Part shown: positions 1 to 12,869 of the stretch, one piece after another | Position numbering within the stretch: position 1 is the stretch's first letter | How the letters are laid out: the number at the start of each line of letters is the position of its first letter | Source of the DNA: Neoechinorhynchus agilis | Lineage: Eukaryota; Animalia; Acanthocephala | Reading direction: 5' to 3' | Length of the DNA stretch: 64,000 nucleotides | Assembly: GCA_051530055.1 (NCBI GenBank) | Contig: CM121342.1 | Location: forward strand, 406,797-470,796 | The notes under the pieces: model-generated | Told to the model about the DNA's origin: nothing | Database searches by the model: none | Seen by the model: only the letters and a program-made list of their open reading frames with translations | Program-made: the position numbers and the translations under genes

Positions 1-854
1 GATCCGCACATAACTGTTGGACATATTTAACAGCCGGTTGTTTCACGGGACGAGTGTCGATTATTGTGTATGATTGATCATCACATGGATTTGGTGGACA
101 ATCACGTTCAATTATGATTTTACGTGCTTTTCGGCTTTTCGGCGGAAGCCACCGTTCGATGATTATATTGGGTTGTTTGGGTGGAGGTGGTGGTAAGCGT
201 TCGATTATGATTGGTCGTGGCGGCGGTGGAGCCGAACGATATTCTATTACCTGACTTTGTCTGCTTTTTGGCATCGGTGGAGGATGCTCCCTGTATATTA
301 TAGGCGGAGGAGTTGCTGGGGATTCACTCGGTTGCTGCCTGATTATAATTGGTTCTAGATTCTCCCTAGGTTTGTGGTCTTTTAGAAGTATTTGTTCCTC
401 TGGCTCTGGAGTCGGTGGTTGAAGATATCGAACAAATACCCGTTGTTTATAGACGATGTCGTCGCTGTCAGTTTCATTGTGGCTTTGAGGGTACAAATGA
501 CTAACCAGCTCTGAACTCTGAGTATTACGATGTCGCTCGTGTTTCCGCTTAAGATGTCGCTCGGCTAGCTCAATGTTTGACGGAGCGCTTGAGGAAGACG
601 ACGAGCTTGAGCTGTTTCCTCGACTCATCTTCCACCTTTCGTTCGAAAATACGAATCCAGACGAGTCTCTGATTTTTGACATATCATTGGTAAATCCGTG
701 GGTCGTTATACTCGGGTAATTGCCAAGAAGGTAGTCTTCGTTTGCGGTAGGCGACTTTATCAAATCACCGTATCCTTGTTTTGTTAGCCACTGCTTGATT
801 TCCTCATTATTGGTGACATCTATTAGTCCGCCTGATCCAGTGGGGTCCAAAATT
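1..854 (-). CDS. Proline-rich repeat protein, partial (runs off the left edge; upstream exon(s) unresolved)
   Basis: Open minus frame from a ttag acceptor at ~855 to the window edge, absent from the ORF track because it has no stop. Reads ...VFVRYLQPPTPEPEE...PIIIRQQP...PPPIIYREHPPP...PPPPRPIIIERLPPPPPKQPNIIIERWLPPK..., alternating PPP and IIIER motifs. Confidence 0.7.
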
Positions 855-1597
855 CTAATTGGTTAGCAAATATGAATTCGGTGAGAGCGTATATTCAAAC
901 TGTATCGATCAGAACCAAAAATAGAATATTCTTGGGATTAAACTTGTTGTTCTAAACCTTAAAACTTTCTGAAGAGATCGATCTTATCATTTAATTTGAT
1001 TTGTCTCTTAATGTTAGTCAAATGAGGTCACTGTGGTAGGTTATTTTAGAGCAAATTATAAACCAATCTCATTGTCTTTTTAGTGTAATTTACTCAATTT
1101 TGCTGCCTATGTATTTTTAGAGTTAACCCATTATTGTTGTATTTCGCTTCTCTATATTTTCCAACCAAAATCCAATAAGTTAAAAAATTTGAAAATTTGG
1201 CCGATTAGGATGATATTTCTATCCGTATTATTACTTTATTGAACTACACTAAATCTTATTACAGCTCGTTAAGAAAAATCAAAATGCTCAACATCATCGT
1301 TAATCTCATTTGGTACCTCCCCACTCGATCAATTCAAACCTATTCATCGGGACTGTTTCGCTCAACAAGCCTTCGTATCCGCTTGACTTTAACCAGTCAC
1401 GAACGCTAATGTCGCCCGTAACTTCTTCTCCTTGAATACTAAGAAACAGAATGTTAGGCTCAATTACTCATTACGCTAACCTGGTAGCGTCAATTACGCT
1501 ATTCATAATAATTTTTAATGCTGCTGAGGCAGAACGTACGGTGATACTATCTTGTCGAAAATCTCAAATGGAAGGTGTAGGAACGGGTCGTGACTGC

Positions 1598-2160
1598 TCA
1601 TTCAATGGGTGCACTAGTAGGTTCTTGAGTGCTCATATCTGATTCATGTTGCTCGTTTTTGAACTGTTCGAGTGTGTCAGCGAGATGGAGTGCAGGAAAG
1701 CAAACGGAGGCACTTTGTACGTGTGCAAGCTATCTCAACGCCACAAAGGACCTGTATTAATGTAAAGTGTAAAGTGCTTTCAAACTTTAAGTTCACTGTG
1801 AATTACTAATTGATGTTTTCGCTACGGTGCATAGAAACCGTGAAACCTAAACACATACATTCGATTGGGGTTCAAACAAATTCGAGTGTCTTTATGATCG
1901 GATTCGCAAAAAAATGGTGACAAACTGAATGGGATTGCACTGAACGAAATATCTTGCATGCCGTTTTGGTGCTGGCGAATTTGGTTGCTCTTATTTAAAT
2001 AACTGTCGAAAATGCAAACGGGCAGCAGATATCCCAACTTCATTTTACACTTAGACAATTATTCACCGAAGATTACTTTGGCAATCCGATATCGAGTTGC
2101 CACGTCTTTGCATAAAAATAACACATCGAAAAGAGTAGAAATATTTTTTAATGTTGACAT
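1598..2160 (-). CDS. Hypothetical multi-exon protein (manual splice model)
   Basis: Five GT-AG introns (29-56 nt) can be chained in phase to give MSTLKNISTLFDVLFLCKDVATRYRIAKVIFVGISAAQQPNSP...HESDMSTQEPTSAPIE*. No recognisable domain and the model is hand-picked. Confidence 0.3.
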
Positions 2161-2486
2161 CTTCAGAATAAATTGACCTTAAATTCTGTTATAATGAGCT
2201 AACAATGTGACCTTACGATAGGATATGCAAGCATTGATATTCATCCTTTGTTTGAAATTTCGGATCAATCGGTCGTTCCTAACAGTTATATGTATGAGCT
2301 GTATGGAAAACGACGCAGCGTATTACAGTTCGTCAAAAGAATACACAATAAAAGTTAGATGATATGCTACTCGGATAACTTGCTAATCTTCATAAATATT
2401 TCGACAAACGCTTGCTGCTCTTCTTTTCTGTTATGACCGGAGTTTATTAACTGCAAGAAACTGCATAAATACAACCGCACTGATTT

Positions 2487-2882
2487 CTATTTTAGTGACC
2501 ATATCATTATAATCGAATTAATAATTTTAAGCGCACACAGGTCACGATCATGAAAGCATTTATATGGCTTTGATTGGACTTTCAAGCATCGTTTTAGTGG
2601 ACTCAAGATTTGAAATACATTAACCTGATCAACTAGTTTTATTTGGCGTTGAATATATAACATAGTGTTAATGAAGAGACGTTCAAGTAATTTTGTGCTT
2701 TGCAAACAAAGAAAAAGCGTTATAATAGCGTGGAAAACAACTTGACTGCTATTAAGGATAGAGACAAGATCTAGATTGTAGAGAAGAGAATTTTGGAAAG
2801 CTTGAAAGTTCGGGAAACGAAATTTAAGAATAGAATGTATTGGCCACAATAAAGAAACTAAACGAGTTATGTATTTGCTCAC
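2487..2882 (-). CDS. Unassigned 131-codon ORF, possibly exon(s) of an orphan gene
   Basis: Long open frame in AT-rich DNA; no motif recognised. Confidence 0.2.
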   Translation of the reverse strand: MSKYITRLVSLLWPIHSILKFRFPNFQAFQNSLLYNLDLVSILNSSQVVFHAIITLFLCLQSTKLLERLFINTMLYIQRQIKLVDQVNVFQILSPLKRCLKVQSKPYKCFHDRDLCALKIINSIIMIWSLK

Positions 2883-3082
2883 TTTTTATTTTGGCGACTC
2901 TCAGGATTCCTAGACCCTTGCGCCCACACATAAGAAAAAAGGTGAATTAACGATTTACATTTTATAAAGATACAATAAACGTGGTGATATCGGATTTTAA
3001 CGGTAACTTTAAAAAACATTTTAGATTGTTCAGACACGTGGAGACAGAACAATGTGCGTCTGTGGGATTTGATAAGCCGGAT

Positions 3083-6000
3083 TCAATCCAATTTGCATAG
3101 GGCTGGAGGACATTGAGGTAGCGTCGACCTGAGCGATCGTATTTGCTTGCAATTTGATTGAGCAGTAACTTTGTTTGATTGGGGTAAAATGCATTGCAAC
3201 TGATGATTTCTTGTGTAATTCTTGCATAAGCACTTGAAAAAAAATTTTCGTTAAAGTGCTACTAAATAACTAACCGTTAAATTTCCTATTATTTTCCATC
3301 GGCCACACTTGCACAGCCCTTTTATTCTCCCGGCCTTTTCATTGCAACCATTGGTTATGGCACCTGATTCGTCAACACAAATCGCATCCCGTGTCCTCAA
3401 GCAGCGACCATTAACTTCTCTGCACTATAATTAATAAAAACAAGGGAAGAAACAGAAAAACGAAAGGCACATTGACAACTTAAAAAATCAATTATTCTCC
3501 CAAACAAATGAAAATTCAGACCAATGATACTTACTGGCTGCCATGGACCGTATCTCAATCTTGCTCCACATGTAACCGTACATGGCTTAACTTCTATCGG
3601 ACGATCAGCCAACTTGCATTTTTCCTCCGCCACTGAACACCAAACTGAACGTCTTCCACAAGTCTGGTTACACTACAATTACAAAGGGAACTGATCGATG
3701 TTTTGATTTTTAAGAGATCACCAACGTGTTGAAAAGGTCCACTCTTCCATTTGGGAATATCGCAGTCGAATCCCGTGCATGGCTGAATTTGTGCTGGTTT
3801 AGTGTCCATCGCACATGAGTTAGACGAGTGACCATTTTCCGATAAGCAATACACGTGACGGCGTTTTATTCCTTGTCCGCATACCACCGAGCACTTATAT
3901 AACAAAATGGATTTGGGCGGCATTTTATGCACACCGAGACAAACCTTCGACCATCCACCCGTGAACCAATGACCGCAGTCTGTCAAATTGCACTCTTCTC
4001 GAGATGCAGGACGATTACCTGGGCACTTATAAGCACTCGTGGTCGTTTTATGCGATGCTTCAACGCACGAAACAGTCCGCGTCTTTGAACCCATTTTGCC
4101 ACACTCTCCTTTGCACTGAACAAAAATTTCAGAATTAAATATAACCTTGAAGCATACCTGTGACCAAGAACCAATCGTCCATTCGTACTTGCAATCACGT
4201 CCACTACACTTACGGGCGCCGACCGGACGCTTGGCCAAATCACAATCAATTAAATGGGAACAATGAACGTTACGAACTTGAATGCCTTTTCCGCATTTAA
4301 CAGAACACTACGACAAAACATAATCGGTGGGATTAGGTCAACAAATTAAAGCGTCTAAAACTCACATCACTCCATCTTCCCGCAATCCACGCCGCACATC
4401 GATTACCAATGCATGGTTGATCGGTTTTTGGTCGTGGTAAATGAGAACATATTTGATCCGATACTGAAGATCCTTCTCTAACACAATTCAATAAGCGACT
4501 CTGTGTTCCGTTTCCACATAACTTTGAGCACTGTAATGGAAGAAATTGAACGTGTTTAACACTAGCAAAGTTTAGAGCTCCTGTTATGGGGTTTAAATAC
4601 ATCAAATTAAAGGATCTGAAAAATAATAATTTCCTGAAAATCCGAAATATTTCAAAAAATTTATATCGAAACTATCGAAGTTTAAATGTTAAAATAAAAG
4701 ACATGATATAACGTGTTTTTTACGAATTACGATTGTACTTAATTATGAATATAATCAACTAAGCAACAATAACTGAATAAACTTACGAATGTCTGGAGGA
4801 CCCAAAGGTACAGAGGACCCAAAGGTACATGGGTCCTCTTCTTTATGAATCAACAAATAAAACGTGTTATTATAAGGTTTGACCAGGAATTTTAACAAAA
4901 ATTAACGAGGTTTATGACAGAGTCTTTTAATACAGTGATGACAATCATTGCCAATCAGCGATCGGCCCCCAAACTTCACTTTTTAAATATTCGGTAGGCA
5001 CGTTAAGGGGATGGAAATACTGAGGTATAAAAGAGGCCAACTTTAAGCGATCAATAGATTCCTCATAACATCACAGAAAATCAAGAATATTCATATCTTT
5101 TTGACTATGCGCAATGCTGTTGAAAACTGATACGATCGATGCAGCACAACGGAAACACACCTCGCCCCACTTTCCAGTCTGCCAGTCAACTACACAAGGT
5201 CGATTGCTGCATAGTTCAGTATCCTTTGGTCGATTTATTAGCCTGCAATATTGTACTGGTACTTGCCGTTTTCCAATGAAGCAAATAACTTTTCTACGGC
5301 GAACTCCAGGTCCGCATGGTGTCGAGCACTGTTCACACACAATGGATTGGTTGAAAGCATTTCAAAAAGTCTTACTTGCGACCACTTTCTGGTTATCCAT
5401 CGTGCTTTTTCACACTTGCATTTTAAAAAGGTCACCGGCTTATCAATAAGATCACAGAGATAATCCGCGACATGCTTTCCATCACTTCGTTCACACCAAA
5501 TATCCCGAACGCGAGTGTTATTCGCACAATGACACTTTGACCACGTTCCTAATTTCCAACTCCTACATATTGGTTGAACACATAGGTCAATATCAACTGG
5601 TTTAGGAGTTCCCGAGCATTGATAGGCGTCGACAATCCTATTATCTAGCACACAGTAAATCTCTCGCTTTCTCCAACTAAGTCCACAAGACTTCGGGCAT
5701 TCTGTCCATTCCCCTGAACTCCATTTCGCCTTAACACATGACTGAGAACAACTCTTATATCCAATAGGTTTTAAATTTGGACACCGATTGCGAGGAAGGC
5801 TCTTTGCTGTAGACGATGTACACTTGACAACTCTGTATTGGAATCCATTTAAGCAATCGCATTTGTCCCATTCTCCAATTGACCACGTCCCTTGCTCACA
5901 TTCAGACATCTTACATGCTTCCCTCGTCGTTTTGTAACGAACAATACATAAGGACTCATGAGCTTCTATTCCCCGTTCATCAAGGCAAGTAGCGTTTCGG

Positions 6001-9000
6001 GTACGAACACAACGTCGAGACCGAAGTTTGCAGTTGCTCCATGGGGAGAACATCCATCCCGATTCAGTACAGTCACCATCACATGGAACACTCATTGAGG
6101 GCTCAGGGCCCACTAATTCGATGCAATGCGAGTTCTCTATGAGTCTATAAGTTTTGTTTGTTTTTTCATCTAAACGACAAGCAAAACGTGCGTCCTTAAA
6201 TCCATGGCCACAACGAGATGAACATGGCGTATAGCTCAACTGAACCCAACTGAAAACGAACTGGCTTAAAATAAAATTCTTTAGACTGATGCAAACCTGA
6301 CGTAACAATCAGTGTTGCATGGCTCATCGACTACTTCTGGTTTCGCTGATGGGTCACATCTTTCGTCCAAAACAGTTTGATAGCCATCTTTACAAACGTA
6401 CTGTTTTGCATGTCTCACACCTTATAGTTTAAGTGAATTTATCCTTTGGAGATTTTCACTAACCATTACAAATGCGACTACAGGCTGGAGTGTAACTGGT
6501 CTCAACGTCTTGTACCCAGCGAAATATTCGGCGCGTCCTACTTTCAATCCAATATTCAATATCTATAATCATTCGCGCTACATCGGCTTTCATAACCTAA
6601 AGATTGTGTCTCTTTAGTAATCCTTAAGACGTTTTAACTTACAAATAACGACACCGGCGTTCTCAAGCGCTTCGTGGCGTTTATGCGTTCAATGTGAGTG
6701 TCAGTCCCGGTGTATTCGAATGGAGTTGACTTGTACTTAATTATACGTCTTCGAGTACTGAAGCTTTGTTCACTGTTGATTATTCCGTCTTGCCCACTCG
6801 CGTCCTTTAGAACTATATAGAAAAATGTATGAATAAACGAATTGGATCAAATTTTTAGAACTAAATAACGAAACTGTTTCAGCAGTACAGTCGAAGTGCT
6901 TTGATGCACAAGCGAACGATTAATTTCTAGCAAAGTCGTCAGTGGACAATTCGCGTTAAACGTTCCTTCTTCCAACCGGTTTAGTGATATTTTCATGCAA
7001 TGATCGCGGGAAAATCATATTGAATTATCAATTTAATCCCATTAGAGCCTTGCTGGATAAGCTCTAAGGGGCCACAATGATTAAGCCATACCCACAACTG
7101 CAAAAAATCAAAAATTGAAACTATTTAAAAATACATCTTGACCAAGAAGTGAATTGAACAAGGATATTTTTCTCTCGGCGATTAGCAAAAAATCAAATTG
7201 TACAATGTGTGATGCATCTTATAAAGAAAACCGCTAAATACTATACGAGAAAAATTGTACTCATGTGATGGTATTTAAGGAAAGTCATGGCCTTAAAATG
7301 TTTTGAACAAAATCATTTCGAAATTTGGTCACATCGTACTAATGGTTACCAAGAGGAAACTTTTAGAAGATTTTTTACACACTGCAACAGTTGTCAAATG
7401 TATAAACAAATTTTTTTATAGCGAATTATAATAATTTATTGATTTGTTTGATAAGTTTCAAAAAGGCCTACGAGAAGGCTGCAAATTATCAAATAAATCA
7501 ATTATTATAATTCGCTATAAAAAAGGAAATGATGAACATCTTTACAATGTATAAACAAATGCAGAATTCTATAAGGCTTCCTTTAAATCGAGAACTGTAA
7601 AGATTTCATATGGTTCTAGGTTTTCTGTAATTTTATTTATAATCTTGTCACACACATGATAAACATTTTTAACTGAGAATCCCAACAATATATACCTAGA
7701 TAATTTTTATCCTTTTGACCCCTCCGGGCTGAAACTTGCTTAATTTCGATATTGGTAGCACCAATAGGAATGCTCGCAACCAATTGAAAACCTATATAGA
7801 TGATTTAGAGAATGCTCAAAGAGAAAATTTAACCATAGTCGTCTTTAATTATCCGCTTAGATATTTTTTCGCAAGTGTCGTTGTTTCCTCCACATACACC
7901 ACACATGTCAGCCATTTTAATCTCGACAATACTTTCTGAATCGTAGACATTATCGCAACCGATTCTCTTTGAAATATTTACGTGTTGATAAACCCATCTT
8001 AAACGAAATACACCTACTATACATTGGCCACTTATGCATAAGTCAGTGGTCTCATCCTCAGGACCGCATTTGGTACCATCCTCGACTGCATCAGAGATGA
8101 CGACCGACCTTTCTTTTCTGTCATCTTGCACTTGGCAGATAAGTTTGCATCGTTCGTTCTCCATAACTATGCAAAAAGGTATATGATTGGCTGCTTAAAG
8201 CAACATATTTTACATACCTTCGTACTTTGGAACCCATCTCACGTTTCTTGGAAGGTCGGCGTGACCGAATGTTTGACCGTTGTACTTGCTACATTGCATT
8301 TGGCGGTACTCAATATAGCGGGGAGGGCATTTCTATTGGTGTGCAAAAATCTTGTTATACTGATAAGATTTTATATTGGACAAATTACCTCCAAGTTGCA
8401 AGTCCTTATTCCAACATTATTTCCCACGCAGAAGCGGCCCCCATTCGCCGGTCTTAAATAATGTCAAGAGATGTAAACGACCATTTTGGGAAAGAGAAAC
8501 TAACGTAGGATTATTACATTCCCTGTAACGCTTTTGAATTCCCCCACCGCATGTCCTAGAGCACTGTCCATAAGGGCCCCAAGGTCCCCATTTTCCTTCG
8601 ATTGGAGCTCGGTCGTACCAACAGACGCAATCACCATGAAGGCATCGCTGCAATTTTGTGCTTTTAAGCGTCAAAACGAAAAGAACATACTGATGTGCTG
8701 CATAACGAATGTGGGGAAGTGGAATCTGTGCAAGGTGTTCCATCCGCTACAGTAGCATGATTGGTCGCGCAAAATGTGCCGTTTTGGTCCGATCGACAAC
8801 AAAATAAATATTTACAAAATGGCTATACAAACGGTTTTTAGCACAGGCTTTTTAAGGATGTTCTAACCTGTGATTGAAAAGGGCAATAAGTGTATCCCAT
8901 ACCGAATGCTTTTTCACATTGGTCGTTGACGGGATAATAAAACCCCGGTGGGTATTGCATCATATGTGCCTGGTCGCCATTTACGATCTGCTGTGCGTTT

Positions 9001-12000
9001 GATGGCTTGTTTCGCAGACACCACAAGTCAGCCGATCTAAAATATCAGTACAGTAGTTCTGGTAACTTATCAACCAATCGTTTACTGGAGCTTAGCATTA
9101 AAGAAATGACGACTGCAATCCGACCATTGCCAGTGATTGTGAGCGAATGTTAAAGAGGTCGCCATAAGGTTTGTTTCTGTGAGGCCACGTTCAACGCAGA
9201 GTTTGTCTCCGTCATGACGGACACCAAACCTAAAAAGAGGTTCGATGGTATGAAAAAGCACTTGTTTTGTTCTTCAACTATAATGAAACTCGATCACTAA
9301 ATATATATCATCAGAAGGTATCAAAAATCATTATACTGCAAACTGCGTATATTCGGGTTCCATTCGATTAAGTTATGAAAGTTTGCAATGTATTTCTCAA
9401 GCCAAATGTTAAGAAATTTAGCCGAACAAACAAAAAGCTTTAATATTGATTTCTGCGTGAAATTTTATTCCCGTTATTTAAGGAATGTAATATTCACAAA
9501 ACGAAAATATGAACATTTATTACTCTTAATCTGGAATTTAATTTCGAGTGCAAAAGCATTAGTTGCGGTATCGAGTATAATAGAAGGCGTTCTAAACTCA
9601 CAAATTGACGTTAAGAAGCCTTTTTAAAAAATACGTGATTTATATACGATCAATACTATTTGTTTCGATCTCCAAAATAATTTTGATTGGCATAATCGAT
9701 GACAATGGTGGCAGACTTGTAATTTGGGCAATGGAAAATATTTGAAAATAGTTGCATTTTAAGCACATTCTGACTAATTGAACATATTTGTGAGAATACT
9801 AAAAATGTTGCATTTCGCATCTTATAGATTTTTCAAATACGTTAACGACAACATATGAACGTGAATATTATTAGAATGCTGGTTGGCGCTACTCCCTACA
9901 ATTTGTCTTTGTGAAAAGTTGAAATCAAATAATTCAGGAAAGTAAAGTTACTTCGGTCAACCGTAAAAATAACGGCTCTAAGCAAAATCTGATCCCTGGA
10001 CAAAATGAAATGTATGAATCGACTTACAAATGTGCTAATTCGTGAGCTATTGTAAATCCAGTTGCCAAGCCATTATCTTCAATTACAGCGCAACTTGTTG
10101 ACAAGCTACACAATCCATTTAACTCAGCAACACCTAGGAAGATTTGTGGTGTTAAGAATGAACTCAAAGGATATAATGATACCTAACGTGTTACATCGCT
10201 CACGGCACAAATCCTTTCTAAATGCACGCAAAATTAAACATAACTATATTATTGTTGTTTATTTTCTTCTATTACCTAGTTAATAGAACGGCTGCATCAT
10301 AGTGGAGTGGATTGTGATTATCTTTGACGTTTAAGCTACTTTGCCAATTGCAAAAATTGTGAAGAGTCTCTAGAGCATTGTTGGTTATTTCAGGTGGACT
10401 CTTATATTATACTGATGAGGTATTTGCATTAATTTTATTCTTGGTACTTACATCGGGATCCTGGATCATGTAATGTCGGACGAGTGAAACCTCAATGGCA
10501 ACACCTATACTCGCTTGCCGGTACAAATTAGCAGCCTTAACGATAATAAGCGGGATATGAGAGTCTCATAGGCACAAAGCTTTATTTATATTTACGAAAC
10601 TTATAATTTGAACCTTTGCTTTGTTAGCTGATGCTCAGATTCCTGGCGCTACTAATTTAGTAGGAATATCTTTTGACGAATGTTCAGGGAAAAAGCTTTC
10701 TGCATTTGTTTTCCTATTCTCAATATTTAGAAACGATATTTCAATTCACAACCAATTCCGAGATTTAGGCTAAATTTTTAGAACTGCTAGTTATAGTACC
10801 GCAATACTCATAAATCATCAACATAAAAATGCAGTTTCAACAAATCAAAGTACAGTCAGATTGCATTTTCTAGCTTGCTCCACAGATGTTACGCTCTGTT
10901 TTGCGTAGAAAACATATATGAAATATCTATGAAAATTTAGAAGTAATAAAGCTTGAGCTAAATTTTGAAAAAATGAAGCGATTTTCAATTGGAAGAGAAT
11001 AAAATTCGACCGGAGATATAACCAACGTACACAGGGATCTTTGCACTAAATGATTTGCGTTAGTTAAAAAAGGGCTATTGTATGAATGCTCTTGATAATT
11101 TGTTTGAAAGAATTAGACTTGTTAGGTCGAGAGAAGAAATACAAAATCGTGGTTTCCGTACCTAATTTCAAACCACGAACGCCACGTTCCGCACGAAACA
11201 GTTTATGTCGGAGATTTGATCATGAGCCTTATCAACGCGGTAACGAAGATCGTATAAATAAATGCGAAGAATATGCATGAAATATATATACCGACGGCTA
11301 GAATGAACGCTGTACGAACTCATCAATCATATATGAGCTTTACTCGCAGCTGATCTGCTTATCAGATCCCTTCTGTAAGTCGTCTCAAATCATGCAAATA
11401 TCGCTAACAACTGGAGTATACGAAGGTAAGCGAAATCCTTAGCAAATCTACATTAGGTTATGATCAGAAACAAATTAACACAGGCAAATTTTCGAATGTT
11501 CTTCAGTCAAATCTACAGAGGAATCAAAATGAAAGAGCGCTTTTTATACAAGTAACAAATTTGTGTACCATTTATTCATCAAATTCTCGCGCCTATCGAC
11601 TGAATTCGATGAGTGGAACTTCATTTGTAAATTTTTAGGATACTCAAAAGGGCGCCATAGTGACAGTTTGCCATGTATCGAATCAAAGGTGTGCGCTGTG
11701 CAGATATGGAATTTGGACTGAAAATGGTTAAAACGTTTAAAGTGAGTTTAAATAATTCACTAATTATTAGATTTAAAGTACGCGTAGATATGAAGGTGAA
11801 GACACTGCAGCATACAGATAAGAATTTTTAAAATCTTAGTGGTGAGGCTACCAATTAAATATCACGAAGGTTGCCATTTTGTCTTCAGAATGCAGAAAGC
11901 TAAAAGCAGTTTGCATTTTTCCTTAAAAGTTCTGTTCTTTTTCCTCATTCGCTGAAAATTTCAGAGATTTCATAAAAAATTCCTGTCTATAAGAAATAAC

Positions 12001-12869
12001 CGGCTTACAGCTGCCATTAAGGTGAGTACGTAAACTTTGAGATCATCTTCGTGGAACTGATACATTGAGTAATCTGTGACGACCATAACCTCCAGGTAGA
12101 ACGGTCTGGTCATGTCTCTTCGCACTCGTCTGCGTATCGTGTTTGAGAAGTTTTTCTTCTCACTCATAACGACCTGATCCAGTACTAAAAGTTTTCACAT
12201 GTGATTTGAGAAGGGCAAAATTATTTGATTATTAATAACCTTGACATTGGTGAGATAAGAACGGAGAATTTTGGCTAGGTTTTTGCCTTGTCAGACGATG
12301 ACCAACGATATTAGTTGTCGAATTATCATGAACCGGCTCTACAAAGTAGTTTGTACCTTCTGAATAGAAGGTACCAAGCTGGCGTGGGATTATGATTATT
12401 TTCGGGAAATAATAGCCTGCATGAGAACTCACCATTCCATTACACAAGCTGACAGACACTGTTCGTTCGAAGCTTTGATTGACAAATCCGGTATAAAAGC
12501 AGTTGGGTAGTGAACCGTGTCGAATCAGCCATGCTCTATCACCACTCAATCTTTGTGATAAAAATCTGACTGACAAGAACTTGTCATCCATGTGAATGTT
12601 CAAAATGAATGTGCGATTGAGACCAACGATTTTGTACAGGAGGTGATGGAGAATCGAGCTCTCCACTTTGCTGGTGTTTTCACGGTTATTTAATAATTCA
12701 ACTTTACAATCATCGATTTCTAGCTGTGGTTTGTGACCTGAACGCGAAGATGTTATTTGTGTTAATCTACCGGCAGTATTCACTGCCCTCTTCTCGATCA
12801 CGTACCTACGACACTGGATTCACTGATTGCAGTTATATACACCATCAAATGAATTAGATGGTGGATCAT
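3083..12869 (-). CDS. ADAMTS: ADAMTS metalloprotease (ADAMTS9/20/GON-1-like architecture), many short exons
   Basis: Signal peptide [21 protein letters not shown] (ATG 12869); prodomain CFYTGFV..SLCNGM; furin site RRRVRR; LEVMVVTD; [15 protein letters not shown]; zinc motif HELAH|LFGVRHD split by an intron (~10030/9231); Met-turn NLMA; [20 protein letters not shown]; Cys-rich/spacer; 14 further TSP1 repeats; TGA at 3083-3085. Confidence 0.95.
4790..4885. repeat. Dispersed repeat with GC hairpin in an ADAMTS intron; second copy ~40186-40265
   Basis: GAGGACCCA-aaggtaca-TGGGTCCTC hairpin, preceded by a 17-nt tandem copy and followed by aataaaacgtgttat. The same motifs occur at ~40190-40250. Confidence 0.6.
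7412..7524. repeat. AT-rich palindrome / MITE-like element in an ADAMTS intron
   Basis: ttttatagcgaattataataat..tgatttgtttgataa is inverted against ttatcaaataaatca.attattataattcgctataaaa. Direct repeat aatgtataaacaaat at 7397-7411 and 7546-7560. Confidence 0.6.

Noticed and set aside
3310-3345. Possible frameshift in the penultimate ADAMTS exon
   Set aside because: It depends on counting homopolymers by eye. The flanking exon phases and the TSR pattern (CNEK..LCKCGRW) fit a continuous frame, so no frameshift is claimed.
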